Source: a virus. Taken from it: a DNA stretch of 64,000 nucleotides. The position numbers and the translations under genes were made by a program. Positions 9,998 to 19,844 of the stretch are shown here, piece after piece. Positions within the stretch are counted from its first letter, which is position 1. Every line of letters begins with the position of its first letter. The stretch spans positions 6,760 to 70,759 of the IMG/VR virus record IMGVR_UViG_3300025151_008080; one strand, given 5' to 3'. The notes below the pieces were generated by a model that saw nothing but the letters and a program-made list of their open reading frames with translations, did not search any database and was not told the origin of the DNA.

Positions 9998-10698
9998 TGT
10001 TCGTTTAGATTAGGTTTTAAAATAGATATTATTTTTGTATTCGGTAGTAACTCTCCCATAGCTTCTGGTCGTGCATATATTCTTGGTATGGTTTTTAAAG
10101 ACATGTCTTGTATATATCTATTAAGATGAGACTCGTCATGCCAAATAGCAACAATATCATTACTTAAATCTATATCTATATTTTTCTCTATTGTTTCTGA
10201 CATGTTAAAAAAGTTCTCGTATAAACCTCCATATAGACACGCTTGATGGTATGGTACTTTATATATGTCTTCAACAAATGCTGTTGATTTAGAATTAGTT
10301 TCATAGGGGTATAATTTTATTTCTTTACCTTCATGAAGCCAACCACAATGAGTAACACAACAAATCGGTTTCTCTTTTGTTGGTAATAAATCTTCCGAGC
10401 TGGTTACATAACCTATACATTTTAGATCCGCGTCGACCCAAAATATTATATCACAATTAAAATATTCTTTTGTTAAATTAATAGCTTTATTTTTGTAGAG
10501 AGTGGAATATGGCCATTCATAAAAAGGAAAGTATATATTATTAGAAATCGTTTGATGGGTAAATGTTTTATCATCAGTAAGAATTATAAATTGTTTTTCA
10601 TATTGAGGTAGAAAATATTTCGCAAAAGAATCTAACATACTCGGTAGGAAGTCAACATAACTACCAGTACCCATTGTAACAATACCTATTTTACTCAT
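9994..10698 (-). CDS. Glycosyltransferase family 6 (second copy)
   Basis: TGSY..F, WPYSTLYK, WVDADL, YHQACLYGG and IVAIWHDESHLNRY. Confidence 0.9.
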   Translation of the reverse strand: MSKIGIVTMGTGSYVDFLPSMLDSFAKYFLPQYEKQFIILTDDKTFTHQTISNNIYFPFYEWPYSTLYKNKAINLTKEYFNCDIIFWVDADLKCIGYVTSSEDLLPTKEKPICCVTHCGWLHEGKEIKLYPYETNSKSTAFVEDIYKVPYHQACLYGGLYENFFNMSETIEKNIDIDLSNDIVAIWHDESHLNRYIQDMSLKTIPRIYARPEAMGELLPNTKIISILKPNLNEQ

Positions 10699-11874
10699 AT
10701 GATATGTGATTATTTACAAGGGAAAATAAAAAAGCACGTAATGCTTAAGTCCTCTAAATGTATAAACCGATACAACTGGACGTTTTGGGGAGATAAGGCC
10801 CTTGTAAGAGTAGAACCAAAAAATCTATACAGTAAAATAGTACAATATAAGTTTAATATAGATAAACTTACTCTCACTAACCCAAAAACTATACTACAAG
10901 ATAAAACATTTAGCTATGAAGACCCGAGATTGATATCTTATAATGATTTTACATATGTAAAATACAATGTGAAAAAACAAGAGTGTTATTTTATGAAAAA
11001 TAACCAGCAAATGACCAAAGGACATGCTTGGGAGAAAAACTGGCAGTTTATAACAGATAAAAAATATATTTATAAAATAAAACCGCTAGTTATTAAAGAC
11101 AACACTAGTCGAGTTAAGTTTCGTTATACTATGCCTCATTGGTTAGAAGGTTTTTTTAAAGACAAACAAGATGCAAATGAAGTTCAGGTAAACACAAATG
11201 CAAAAGCATTTGGTAAGACGTACTTATATAGATTAAGTAGTAATGTTTTTAGTATAAACAACAGAAATTTTATATTTTTTCATACTGCTGCTGGAGACTT
11301 AGGTCATTATGATTATTATCAAGGTGTAATAGAGCTTGATTATGATTTTTTACCATTAACATACTCTATTGAACCATTTTTTAACCCACCACCATTAGAT
11401 AACCCATATAAATTTAAAAAGAATGAAAATAAATGCGTATATGTTACTAGTGTTCGAATTATAAATGATAAAACATATATATGTGCAGGTATAAATGATT
11501 GTGAGTGTGCTTTATTTACTTTAGATAATAATACATTTGTTGATTGGTATGATAAATACAAAGATTTCGTAAAAGAAGAACAAACATCAAAAAATAGCTA
11601 TATTACCACTATAAAAACAGAGTATGAAACAGAGTATATAACAGAGACTCTAGATTCAGTTACGTCTATTAATACATCTACAGAGCAGCAAATAACTAAC
11701 GTGCAGCAAAACACTCAAATAAAAGAAAATAATATAACTAATATCGATAATATACAACAAGTAAGTAATTTAGAAAAACCTACTAAAATAAAAGAAAGTA
11801 ATATATCTAATATTGATTATATAAGACCGGAAAACTTAGTAAGATACACACAAATAAAAAAGCCTAAGTATTGA
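10699..11874 (+). CDS. Putative beta-propeller glycoside hydrolase/phosphorylase (GH130/GH43-like) with low-complexity tail
   Basis: YEDPRL, WEKNW, FFH, CVYVTS and AGINDCE; Thr/Asn/Gln-rich C-terminus. The start may be the ATG at 10741. Confidence 0.5.
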   Translation: MICDYLQGKIKKHVMLKSSKCINRYNWTFWGDKALVRVEPKNLYSKIVQYKFNIDKLTLTNPKTILQDKTFSYEDPRLISYNDFTYVKYNVKKQECYFMKNNQQMTKGHAWEKNWQFITDKKYIYKIKPLVIKDNTSRVKFRYTMPHWLEGFFKDKQDANEVQVNTNAKAFGKTYLYRLSSNVFSINNRNFIFFHTAAGDLGHYDYYQGVIELDYDFLPLTYSIEPFFNPPPLDNPYKFKKNENKCVYVTSVRIINDKTYICAGINDCECALFTLDNNTFVDWYDKYKDFVKEEQTSKNSYITTIKTEYETEYITETLDSVTSINTSTEQQITNVQQNTQIKENNITNIDNIQQVSNLEKPTKIKESNISNIDYIRPENLVRYTQIKKPKY

Positions 11875-12832
11875 GAATTTCTTCTGTTAATTTTTTACTA
11901 TTTTTTCTATTTACGTTTTTTACAAAATCTCGTACATCATTAGAATTAATAGTATTTTTAAAGTGCTCCCACTCTTGAGTTTTTTCTAATAACTCACCTT
12001 CATCAACAACCCAACCAAACTGGTGTATTAGGTGTTTAGGTCTTTGGAAAAAAGGGTATGTAGAATACTTATTGTTATCAGATGTGGTAAATGTAGAGTT
12101 AATAAATACAACTAATTCTGGGTCTAACCACTCTGTATACATAGGGCAATTGGAAACATAAGCTATTGCACCAGTAGATAAACCTTCATATAAAAAATGA
12201 CCCCACCCTTCATAATAACTCACACATAAATGAAATCTATTTGAATTTAATTGCTTTGTTACTTCTTCTTTTGGTAAAAAATCAGCAATAAAGTTAATGT
12301 TGTCTTTTAGTGGGGTTTTATTATAATGATTTAAACTTTCGACAATTGTCAGAGGTAGAGTATTCTTATTAAAGGTATTTATTACTCGTTCGGTACCTTT
12401 TTGATAGCTTTTACCTACAAGATGAAAGAAGGTATCAGTTTTATCTATTTTTGAATCATATTTATCATATGAAACAAAACCACAGTTAACGATATTACGA
12501 TTATGCGCGGCAAGTAGTTGTTTTGCGAACTCAGATTTAACGATGATTTTATCAAATAGATATAACTGATGTACTTCTAAACCTATCCATTCTTCGTTAG
12601 CTATAAATACATTTTTTTTATTTCTATCTAAATACTGACCATAGAAATTTTGTATAAAAATACCAACGTCATATTCATTGTATGGATTATACTCAGAGTC
12701 ATTTCCTATATTATGCTCAAAGTATACTATATCTATATCATAAAAAGGTTCTAATAGATCATATAGTAAATTTACATCAGCTATAAGACCGACCCCTGTA
12801 TTAGATGTATAAATACAAGCAGTCTTTTTCAC
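11864..12832 (-). CDS. GT-B fold glycosyltransferase (GT4-like)
   Basis: GVGL..D, ANEEW, FFHLVGKS.QKGT and HLC.SYYEGWGH.LYEG (EX7E motif). Confidence 0.8.
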   Translation of the reverse strand: MKKTACIYTSNTGVGLIADVNLLYDLLEPFYDIDIVYFEHNIGNDSEYNPYNEYDVGIFIQNFYGQYLDRNKKNVFIANEEWIGLEVHQLYLFDKIIVKSEFAKQLLAAHNRNIVNCGFVSYDKYDSKIDKTDTFFHLVGKSYQKGTERVINTFNKNTLPLTIVESLNHYNKTPLKDNINFIADFLPKEEVTKQLNSNRFHLCVSYYEGWGHFLYEGLSTGAIAYVSNCPMYTEWLDPELVVFINSTFTTSDNNKYSTYPFFQRPKHLIHQFGWVVDEGELLEKTQEWEHFKNTINSNDVRDFVKNVNRKNSKKLTEEILNT

Positions 12833-12842
12833 AAGTTAAAGC

Positions 12843-13244
12843 TTATCGCAATAGGTTCTCTTTATACCCTAGCATTTGCCATTGCTCGGTATCAGCTTCC
12901 CAATAAACAACAATACCGATTGGGAGCTCAGCGGTATCTACAAACTCATCATCTACAATACCCTTTTTAAATTTAGCGGTTTCAACTAGAAAAACCTTTT
13001 CTTTAAAATATACAGCTCTAGTTTTTCTTTTATATTTGGTTTCATAAGCTTCTTTATCAGTAGACTTAGTCCAGTCCCATGTAAGTGGGTTCCAAAAAAT
13101 AGTAAGGTTTTCTTTTACTTTAGCTTGTAGAGTTTTTGTACCTAAAAATGTAATTTCTTCTACATCTTTTTCTCCGGGGTTATATTGCACTCCGTTAAAA
13201 AAGATCTCTGATATAGTATATGTTTCTTCTTGTACTTTCGGCAT
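12843..13244 (-). CDS. Hypothetical protein
   Basis: ORF; start moved to the ATG at 13244 (MPKVQ) to avoid overlap with the divergent gene and to fit the promoter palindrome. Confidence 0.6.
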   Translation of the reverse strand: MPKVQEETYTISEIFFNGVQYNPGEKDVEEITFLGTKTLQAKVKENLTIFWNPLTWDWTKSTDKEAYETKYKRKTRAVYFKEKVFLVETAKFKKGIVDDEFVDTAELPIGIVVYWEADTEQWQMLGYKENLLR

Positions 13245-13247
13245 AGT

Positions 13248-13265
13248 CGTATAATTAATTATACG
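13248..13265. promoter_or_regulatory. Perfect 18-bp palindrome between divergent genes (putative bidirectional promoter)
   Basis: CGTATAATTAATTATACG is its own reverse complement. TAATTA at 13252-13257 is 7 nt from both start codons. Confidence 0.55.
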
Positions 13266-14317
13266 TGAAAAAAGATCTTTCAACTAAATTCTGCGACCAT
13301 CCATGGACATTTTTAGAGATACAAGAAAAAGGTCTATATAATTGTTGTCCACGATGGGTAAACCATAACAAAATAGGAGAATTAAATCCTACTATTGATT
13401 TCATGGAAGAGTGGAACAGTAAGAAAAGTAGAGAATTCCGACAATCTATTTTAGATGGATCATTTAGTTTATGTAATCATGAAGAATGTCCTAAAATTCA
13501 AAACGGTACATTACCAGATAAAAAAGATATACTTGCAGGCAGATATGGTGATGAGTTAAAGTTTATTGTTGAGTTTGGAATGGATGTCGCTCAACCACCA
13601 AACACAATAAATTTATGTTATGATAAATCTTGTAATTTAAGATGTCCAACATGCAGGAAAAATCTTATTCAATACACTGAAAAAAACGAACCTCAAAAAT
13701 ACAAAAATACTATGATGATAAATAAGCGCTTACTGCGTATGATTCATAGTAAACCACATAAAGTGCATTTAAATATTACTGGTTCTGGAGATCCGTTTGG
13801 TTCTCCATCGTTTTTTGAATTAATGAAAAAGGTAGAACCGGCAAAAAACCCACAAGTATCATTTACACTACAAACTAACGGAGTGTTATTTGATGAGAGC
13901 AGGTGGGAGAAACTTAAAAATATACATAAACAGGATATACACGCTATCATAAGCTTAGATGCTGGTATAAAAGAGCACTACGATTTAGTGAGAGTAGGTG
14001 GAGATTGGGACAAACTAATGAAAAATCTTCACTTTATAGCTAAATTAGATCTCAAGTCAGTAAGATTAGATATGGTCGTTCAGAGAAATAATTATAAAAG
14101 TATTCCTGAGTTTATTCAAATAGCTCAAGCTCATAATTTTGACTCATATACATCGAGAGTATATAACTGGGGTACCTTTACTCAACAAGAGTATAATACT
14201 CACAACATATTTGATCAAAATCACCCAGAACATCAAAACTTTTTAAAGATTTTAAACCAAGATTACCACTATCATAAACACGACTGGGGTAACTTAACAG
14301 ACTTTATTACAGACTAA
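13265..14317 (+). CDS. Radical SAM protein with N-terminal SPASM/twitch-like domain
   Basis: N-terminal C.HPW...CCP...C....CP precedes CNLRCPTC, GSGDPF, QTNG and SLDAG. Confidence 0.85.
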   Translation: MKKDLSTKFCDHPWTFLEIQEKGLYNCCPRWVNHNKIGELNPTIDFMEEWNSKKSREFRQSILDGSFSLCNHEECPKIQNGTLPDKKDILAGRYGDELKFIVEFGMDVAQPPNTINLCYDKSCNLRCPTCRKNLIQYTEKNEPQKYKNTMMINKRLLRMIHSKPHKVHLNITGSGDPFGSPSFFELMKKVEPAKNPQVSFTLQTNGVLFDESRWEKLKNIHKQDIHAIISLDAGIKEHYDLVRVGGDWDKLMKNLHFIAKLDLKSVRLDMVVQRNNYKSIPEFIQIAQAHNFDSYTSRVYNWGTFTQQEYNTHNIFDQNHPEHQNFLKILNQDYHYHKHDWGNLTDFITD

Positions 14318-15388
14318 ATGAAAATAGCAGTACTATTATACGGGCAGCCAAGATTTTGGGACTTAAGCTACGAAAGTATTATACAAGAAACAACATTTGA
14401 AGGATGTACCACAGATTACTACTTTCACTTCTGGGATAAAATAGGGTATAACGGCTCAGATTCAGAAAACATATTAACAGATGAAATAAAAGAAAAAATT
14501 GTTAGTGTATATAAACCTAAAAAATACGAGTTTACTGACTATGAACCACTTGTAGCAGACACTGAAAAGGTATACAAACATGTAGATATAGCGAGAAAAG
14601 AAATTGAAAATTTAAATCTTCAAAAGACTATTTTTGAGACATGTGAGCCAGGTCATTTATCGTATTATACTGGTCAGTTTACGTCTCTTGAGAGAGTAGC
14701 AAATTTAGTAGAAGAAGAATATGATTATATATTTCGAATTCGTACGGACTTAATCTTCGCAACTCCTGATTTATATGATACAAAAAGAGATTATTTTTAT
14801 GATAAAAGGTATTTTTATGATAAAATGTTAAATGGTCAAAAAGGTGTGTTTTGTAAATACGGAGATCTACAAATATGGGAAGGAGCAGAAGATAAATCCG
14901 GTAATAATACTGATCACCAACCGAAATCTAGAAAAACATACGAGAGTATTACATATCTGAATAATAATTTTTACGGTAAACGTCGTAACTTAGGTATAAG
15001 TGATAGATACAAATCAGATACACAATATTTACATATAAAAGACTGGTGTATGCTAGGTAGCGCAACAGAAATGCTTAAGTGTATGAAGAGTTATATACAA
15101 ACAATCATAGATATGGTGTATAAAAGTCAGCAATTGCTTATTAAAAATAATATTGATGTTAATTGGTCTGCAGGAGAGCTTGTCTGTGGAGAATCTCTAG
15201 TAAAGGAAAAAGTAAATGCAATAGAGTTAGGTTATCAATATTATCACAATATGATTATACCTAATAGATTTTTAAAAATAGCTAATAAACATACTAAACA
15301 ATGTATACTTGATAGACCTCATGTAAGAGTTTTAGCAGACTCGGGTATATCTATGAAAAAGCAATATAAAAAGATTATAGATAGATGA
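14318..15388 (+). CDS. Putative glycosyltransferase-like protein (GQPRF family, paralog 1)
   Basis: KIAVLLYGQPRF, YFHFW and YDYIFRIRTDL; located in the glycan island. Confidence 0.55.
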   Translation: MKIAVLLYGQPRFWDLSYESIIQETTFEGCTTDYYFHFWDKIGYNGSDSENILTDEIKEKIVSVYKPKKYEFTDYEPLVADTEKVYKHVDIARKEIENLNLQKTIFETCEPGHLSYYTGQFTSLERVANLVEEEYDYIFRIRTDLIFATPDLYDTKRDYFYDKRYFYDKMLNGQKGVFCKYGDLQIWEGAEDKSGNNTDHQPKSRKTYESITYLNNNFYGKRRNLGISDRYKSDTQYLHIKDWCMLGSATEMLKCMKSYIQTIIDMVYKSQQLLIKNNIDVNWSAGELVCGESLVKEKVNAIELGYQYYHNMIIPNRFLKIANKHTKQCILDRPHVRVLADSGISMKKQYKKIIDR

Positions 15389-15939
15389 GTAAAGAGATAC
15401 GAGATATAATATACGCGACTTGTATATCTATAAAAAGCATATGTTTGGAGGTAGGAGTACATAGAGGTATAAATGCAGAAAAAATTGCTAAACATAACCC
15501 TCAAAAACTATACTTAATAGATTGTTGGGACTGTCAAAGAACTAATTTAGAAGAAAAAAATATTATAATTCATTCTCACGCGGGGGCAAATAATGAAAAA
15601 CAAACCAACTGGTATAATGAAGTAAAAGAAAAATTTCAAAATAATACAAATGTAGAAATAATAAAAGAATATTCTCATGTCGCGTGTGAGAGTTTTGAGA
15701 ATAACTTTTTTGATTTTATATATATCGACGGTTTACATGATTATAGCTCTGTGCTACAAGACCTCAACATGTGGAAAAATAAACTCAAAACCACAGGGAT
15801 AATACTTTGTGATGATTATACCGAAAACTCTAAAAGAGGGTACGGTGTAATACCAGCAATAGAATCTTTCTTAAAAAATAATACAAAGTTTACCGGACAG
15901 CTACTCGGGCAGCAGCTTTTTTTATTAAAACAACAATGA
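15385..15939 (+). CDS. Class I SAM methyltransferase (Methyltransf_24-like)
   Basis: LEVGVHRG, LIDCW, FDFIYIDGLHDY and GIILCDDY. Confidence 0.85.
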   Translation: MSKEIRDIIYATCISIKSICLEVGVHRGINAEKIAKHNPQKLYLIDCWDCQRTNLEEKNIIIHSHAGANNEKQTNWYNEVKEKFQNNTNVEIIKEYSHVACESFENNFFDFIYIDGLHDYSSVLQDLNMWKNKLKTTGIILCDDYTENSKRGYGVIPAIESFLKNNTKFTGQLLGQQLFLLKQQ

Positions 15940-16616
15940 TAGATATAATTTATAGTTATTATAATCAGTACAATACACTATCAACACAAGTACAGCTTTT
16001 AAATTCATACTCTAAAGAAACAAAAAACACAGTAAATCTTATATATGTTGATGATAACAGTACTCAGACTGCTAAGCAATATTTAGAAAAACTAAAATTA
16101 ACATATTCTCTATACTATATTACTGAGAATGTAGGTTGGAATAACGGTGGAGCAAAAAATTTAGGTATATACAACTCAAAAAGTGACTGGAAAGTTGTGT
16201 TAGATATAGATATGTTTTTAACGGATAATCTCTTGCAAGAGATTTTTTTGTATCCAAAGAGGGAAAATTGTATATACAAGTTTCTTACAAATAAAATAGA
16301 AAGTACTAACCCTATAATACATAAAACATACCCCGGAGCGCTAATGATACATAAAAACGCAGTAGAAAAAATTGGTTATTTTGATGAAGATTTTTGCGGA
16401 AACTACGGGTGCGAGGATAAAGCATATTTTGCGAAAGCTAGACACTACAATTTTAAAACTGTAAAGTTGAGAACAGAAAATAAGCTTATATTTTTAGACG
16501 GTTTACCACGAAAAAAATCTCCTGAACCTATAAACGTGAAATTATTCGATAGTAAAAATAAAAATAAAGAGTGGTCGACAGACATCTTACGATTCAAATG
16601 GAAGAAAATAATATAA
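15936..16616 (+). CDS. Glycosyltransferase GT2/GT7-like
   Basis: YVDDNS, WNNGGAKNLG, LDID and GYFDEDFCGNYGCED. Confidence 0.8.
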   Translation: MIDIIYSYYNQYNTLSTQVQLLNSYSKETKNTVNLIYVDDNSTQTAKQYLEKLKLTYSLYYITENVGWNNGGAKNLGIYNSKSDWKVVLDIDMFLTDNLLQEIFLYPKRENCIYKFLTNKIESTNPIIHKTYPGALMIHKNAVEKIGYFDEDFCGNYGCEDKAYFAKARHYNFKTVKLRTENKLIFLDGLPRKKSPEPINVKLFDSKNKNKEWSTDILRFKWKKII

Positions 16617-17098
16617 TATATAGAGAAGATATACCAAGAGCTATAACTAATACTAACCCTATAGGGATTGAATTAGGAGTCGCAGGAGGCCGTTTTAGTG
16701 TAAAGCTAAATAATAAACACTCTTTCAAAAAGTTTTATTGTGTAGATAAGTGGAATGATAAACATAATATAAAAGAGTATTATGATGCACTTCATCGTTT
16801 GAATAAAGATAATATATATGTATTAAGAATGTCTTTTGAAGAGGCTCATACATTATTCGAAGATAACTTTTTTGATTTTATATATATTGACGGTTATGCT
16901 CATACAGGGCAAGATTCAGGAGTAACAATTAATAGCTGGTATAATAAACTTAAAAAGGGCGGAGTTTACGCGGGACATGATTATAATATAGAAGAATGGC
17001 CGAAAAATGTAGAACATATAAATAATTTTTTAACACAAATCGATAAAAAACCAAACCTCACAACAGAAGCCTGGGCTTCGTGGTGGATAAAGAAATGA
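16598..17098 (+). CDS. Class I SAM methyltransferase (Methyltransf_24-like)
   Basis: IELGVAGG, VDKW, FDFIYIDGYAH and GGVYAGHDY; in-frame ATG at 16598 preferred. Confidence 0.85.
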   Translation: MEENNIIYREDIPRAITNTNPIGIELGVAGGRFSVKLNNKHSFKKFYCVDKWNDKHNIKEYYDALHRLNKDNIYVLRMSFEEAHTLFEDNFFDFIYIDGYAHTGQDSGVTINSWYNKLKKGGVYAGHDYNIEEWPKNVEHINNFLTQIDKKPNLTTEAWASWWIKK

Positions 17099-18135
17099 GA
17101 CTAGCAGTACTTATATACGGACAACCTAGGTTTTTTGAAAAAACCGCTGATATAATAAAAAAAGAATTTGAAATACCTGGTTGGCAAACAGATTTTTTTA
17201 TACATAATTGGGAAAACGTCGGGCATACCCCAGCATGTGACGAGAATAATGATTACGACGAAAAATGTAACCAGGTAATTATACAAGAAAAACTAAATCC
17301 TATTACATATAATATAGAGAGTTATGATATAATATACGATTATGCGAAAAAATATATTGAATGTATTAAGCAATTAACAAATAGAAAAGTACCGTACGGG
17401 AATAACTATAATTTAGAGCGATACTTCTTCGGTCAACATATAAGCACACAAAGGTGTTATGAGTCTATTAAGTTATATGAAGATATAAATAATTTTCAAT
17501 ATGATATAATTATAAAAGCAAGAACAGATATAATTTATACCCCAAGTTATTGCTACAACACCGAAGAAGAGTACGTAGATCATAAGAAAGCAAACTATAG
17601 TGTATTAATTAATGACAGACCGGTGTGTCACGCGAATGGTATTAGATATAATACGTTTAATAACACAGAAAATAAATGGGAAGCGAATCCGCTGAAATAT
17701 TTCTATGAAAACAAGATGTCGCCAATGAATTTACCAACAAATAAATGGTATAATGAAGTAGAATATAAATGGGGATATTGGGATCGGCTTTTAATAAATG
17801 ATTGGTCTTTAGTATGTAATAGATTAGCAGCAGAGGTTTATTATAATAAGTGGTTTGATAATTTATTTTTGACTCTTGGTAAAGATTTACTACATAATAA
17901 TTTGAAAACTAGATGGTTATCAAGATCAGAACACACTCTTCAAGGCGAGTTAACAATAAACAATAAAGTAGAGTGTAAGTGGATGGGTCGTAGAAGAGAT
18001 AAAAAAATTATCTCTGCAGAAAAAATTAAAGAGGATGTAACAACATCTGATAAAATATTACTTTATCGAAATGATTGCATAAAAACATTACATAATAAAA
18101 TACGGGAAATGTTTCCTGATAAAATAATAAGATGA
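17095..18135 (+). CDS. Putative glycosyltransferase-like protein (GQPRF family, paralog 2)
   Basis: RLAVLIYGQPRF, FFIHNW, GQHIS, YDIIIKARTD and INDW. Confidence 0.55.
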   Translation: MRLAVLIYGQPRFFEKTADIIKKEFEIPGWQTDFFIHNWENVGHTPACDENNDYDEKCNQVIIQEKLNPITYNIESYDIIYDYAKKYIECIKQLTNRKVPYGNNYNLERYFFGQHISTQRCYESIKLYEDINNFQYDIIIKARTDIIYTPSYCYNTEEEYVDHKKANYSVLINDRPVCHANGIRYNTFNNTENKWEANPLKYFYENKMSPMNLPTNKWYNEVEYKWGYWDRLLINDWSLVCNRLAAEVYYNKWFDNLFLTLGKDLLHNNLKTRWLSRSEHTLQGELTINNKVECKWMGRRRDKKIISAEKIKEDVTTSDKILLYRNDCIKTLHNKIREMFPDKIIR

Positions 18136-18860
18136 GAGAAGTATTAAAAAGATCATTTGAAAAAATTTATTGTATAAATTTAAACGATAGAGTAGATAAG
18201 TGGGAGAAATGTCGTGCAATTTTCAAAAAACATAACATTGAAGATTTAGTACAGCGGTGGGAAGCAACAGAACCTAAAAATAAAAACAAAAAAGGGGATT
18301 GTGTTTACGCATGCGCGCACAGTCATGTTAGTATTATTACCCATGCATATGAAAATAATATAAAAAATATATTAATATTAGAAGATGATGTAGAATTTGT
18401 AGATGATTACAACGGTATATCAGCAGAACATATATTAAACGCTGGAATGTCTCAGATAAAGGAAAAAAACATATCATGGGATTTATTCTTTTTAGGGTAT
18501 AGTTTTAAATTACGAGAGTTTTGTAATTATAGTCAATTAACCCCTAATGTATTTCAAAGTACGAACCAATTACAAACTCATTGTTACGCAGTTAATTCTA
18601 ATATATACAAAAAAATAATAAATGATAATGTCCCTGGTAAAGCTGCTATGGATGAATACTATGGTATATACCTTTCTCATAAAGTAAACGCATTAAATTT
18701 GTTTCCACTAATTACTTACCAAAGAAATGATATTTTATGCGATATAGGTAACAACGTCCGTAAAGATAGAATTAAATTATACAACAGAGAAATACAGTTT
18801 TGGGAGAAAAAATTATATGGGTATGAAAAAGATTGCAGTATTAATACACGGTCAGCCTAG
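18132..18860 (+). CDS. Glycosyltransferase family 25
   Basis: IYCINL.DR.D, CAHSH, ILILEDD, WDLFFLG and THCYAV. Confidence 0.85.
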   Translation: MREVLKRSFEKIYCINLNDRVDKWEKCRAIFKKHNIEDLVQRWEATEPKNKNKKGDCVYACAHSHVSIITHAYENNIKNILILEDDVEFVDDYNGISAEHILNAGMSQIKEKNISWDLFFLGYSFKLREFCNYSQLTPNVFQSTNQLQTHCYAVNSNIYKKIINDNVPGKAAMDEYYGIYLSHKVNALNLFPLITYQRNDILCDIGNNVRKDRIKLYNREIQFWEKKLYGYEKDCSINTRSA

Positions 18861-19842
18861 ATTTTTAAATTATACCTGGAAATTTATAAAAGAAGAGTAT
18901 ACCGTACCTAACTATGAAACTTACTATTTTGGTCACTTGTGGGAAAAAGTAGGTTTCGTACCCGATGACTGTCGTAATACTAATTATATACAGCATAATA
19001 TAGATAAACAAATATTAAACAATTTAAATGATGTATCAATTACTAATTATGATATTTTAGATGCAACAACAAAAGAGTTTCATCCTAAAATAAGCAGATA
19101 TTTACATAATAAAGTAAAAAGTTTTGAGAATAGACTAGATGTAGTAAAAAAATTAAGGTATAGATACGGACAACATGTGAGTAAACAATTATGTTATGAT
19201 GTTTGTTGCAATTTCGAAAAAAATAACGATATAACTTTTGATATAATAGTTGTAATAAAAACCGATTTTGTCTATAAAAGAAAAAACTGTTATAAAAAAC
19301 CTGAAAATTACGAACTTGAAAAAATAGAACTATATGATGACGTAGAATGTAACTCTAATATTGTTAAAAATGTTACACTATGTTATGAAGAATGGCAATC
19401 ATATACAAAAATGACAAATAAATACAATGTAACATCCTCAACTGAACTACCTGAGCATACTATTTACAATAGATTATTAATGAACGACCATTGGTTAATG
19501 GGTAGTAGAGATGCAATGAGTATATATTGTACTAAATGGTTTGAAACTCATGAATTATTACTGCAAGAACTAAAAGATCAAAACTTTGACCAGAATTATG
19601 TAAATATAATTCCTAAAAAATACGGATGCCCCTTTATGATGCAAGGGGAAATAGGTTTAAAAAACAATATTACACTAAAACGAACCAACAAACGATTTAA
19701 ACGAGTAGTGTTGCTTAATAACTGTAAAGAAAAATTCTTACCTAATGGTAAAAACGGTAGAGAAGTAATACATAATCAACTTAGAGATATACAAACAGAG
19801 CAATTGTATATAGAGAATAGATTACAAGAAATATTTTCTTAG
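18823..19842 (+). CDS. Putative glycosyltransferase-like protein (GQPRF family, paralog 3)
   Basis: KIAVLIHGQPRF, FGHLW, GQHVS, FDIIVVIKTD and MNDH. Confidence 0.55.
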   Translation: MKKIAVLIHGQPRFLNYTWKFIKEEYTVPNYETYYFGHLWEKVGFVPDDCRNTNYIQHNIDKQILNNLNDVSITNYDILDATTKEFHPKISRYLHNKVKSFENRLDVVKKLRYRYGQHVSKQLCYDVCCNFEKNNDITFDIIVVIKTDFVYKRKNCYKKPENYELEKIELYDDVECNSNIVKNVTLCYEEWQSYTKMTNKYNVTSSTELPEHTIYNRLLMNDHWLMGSRDAMSIYCTKWFETHELLLQELKDQNFDQNYVNIIPKKYGCPFMMQGEIGLKNNITLKRTNKRFKRVVLLNNCKEKFLPNGKNGREVIHNQLRDIQTEQLYIENRLQEIFS

Positions 19843-19844
19843 CT

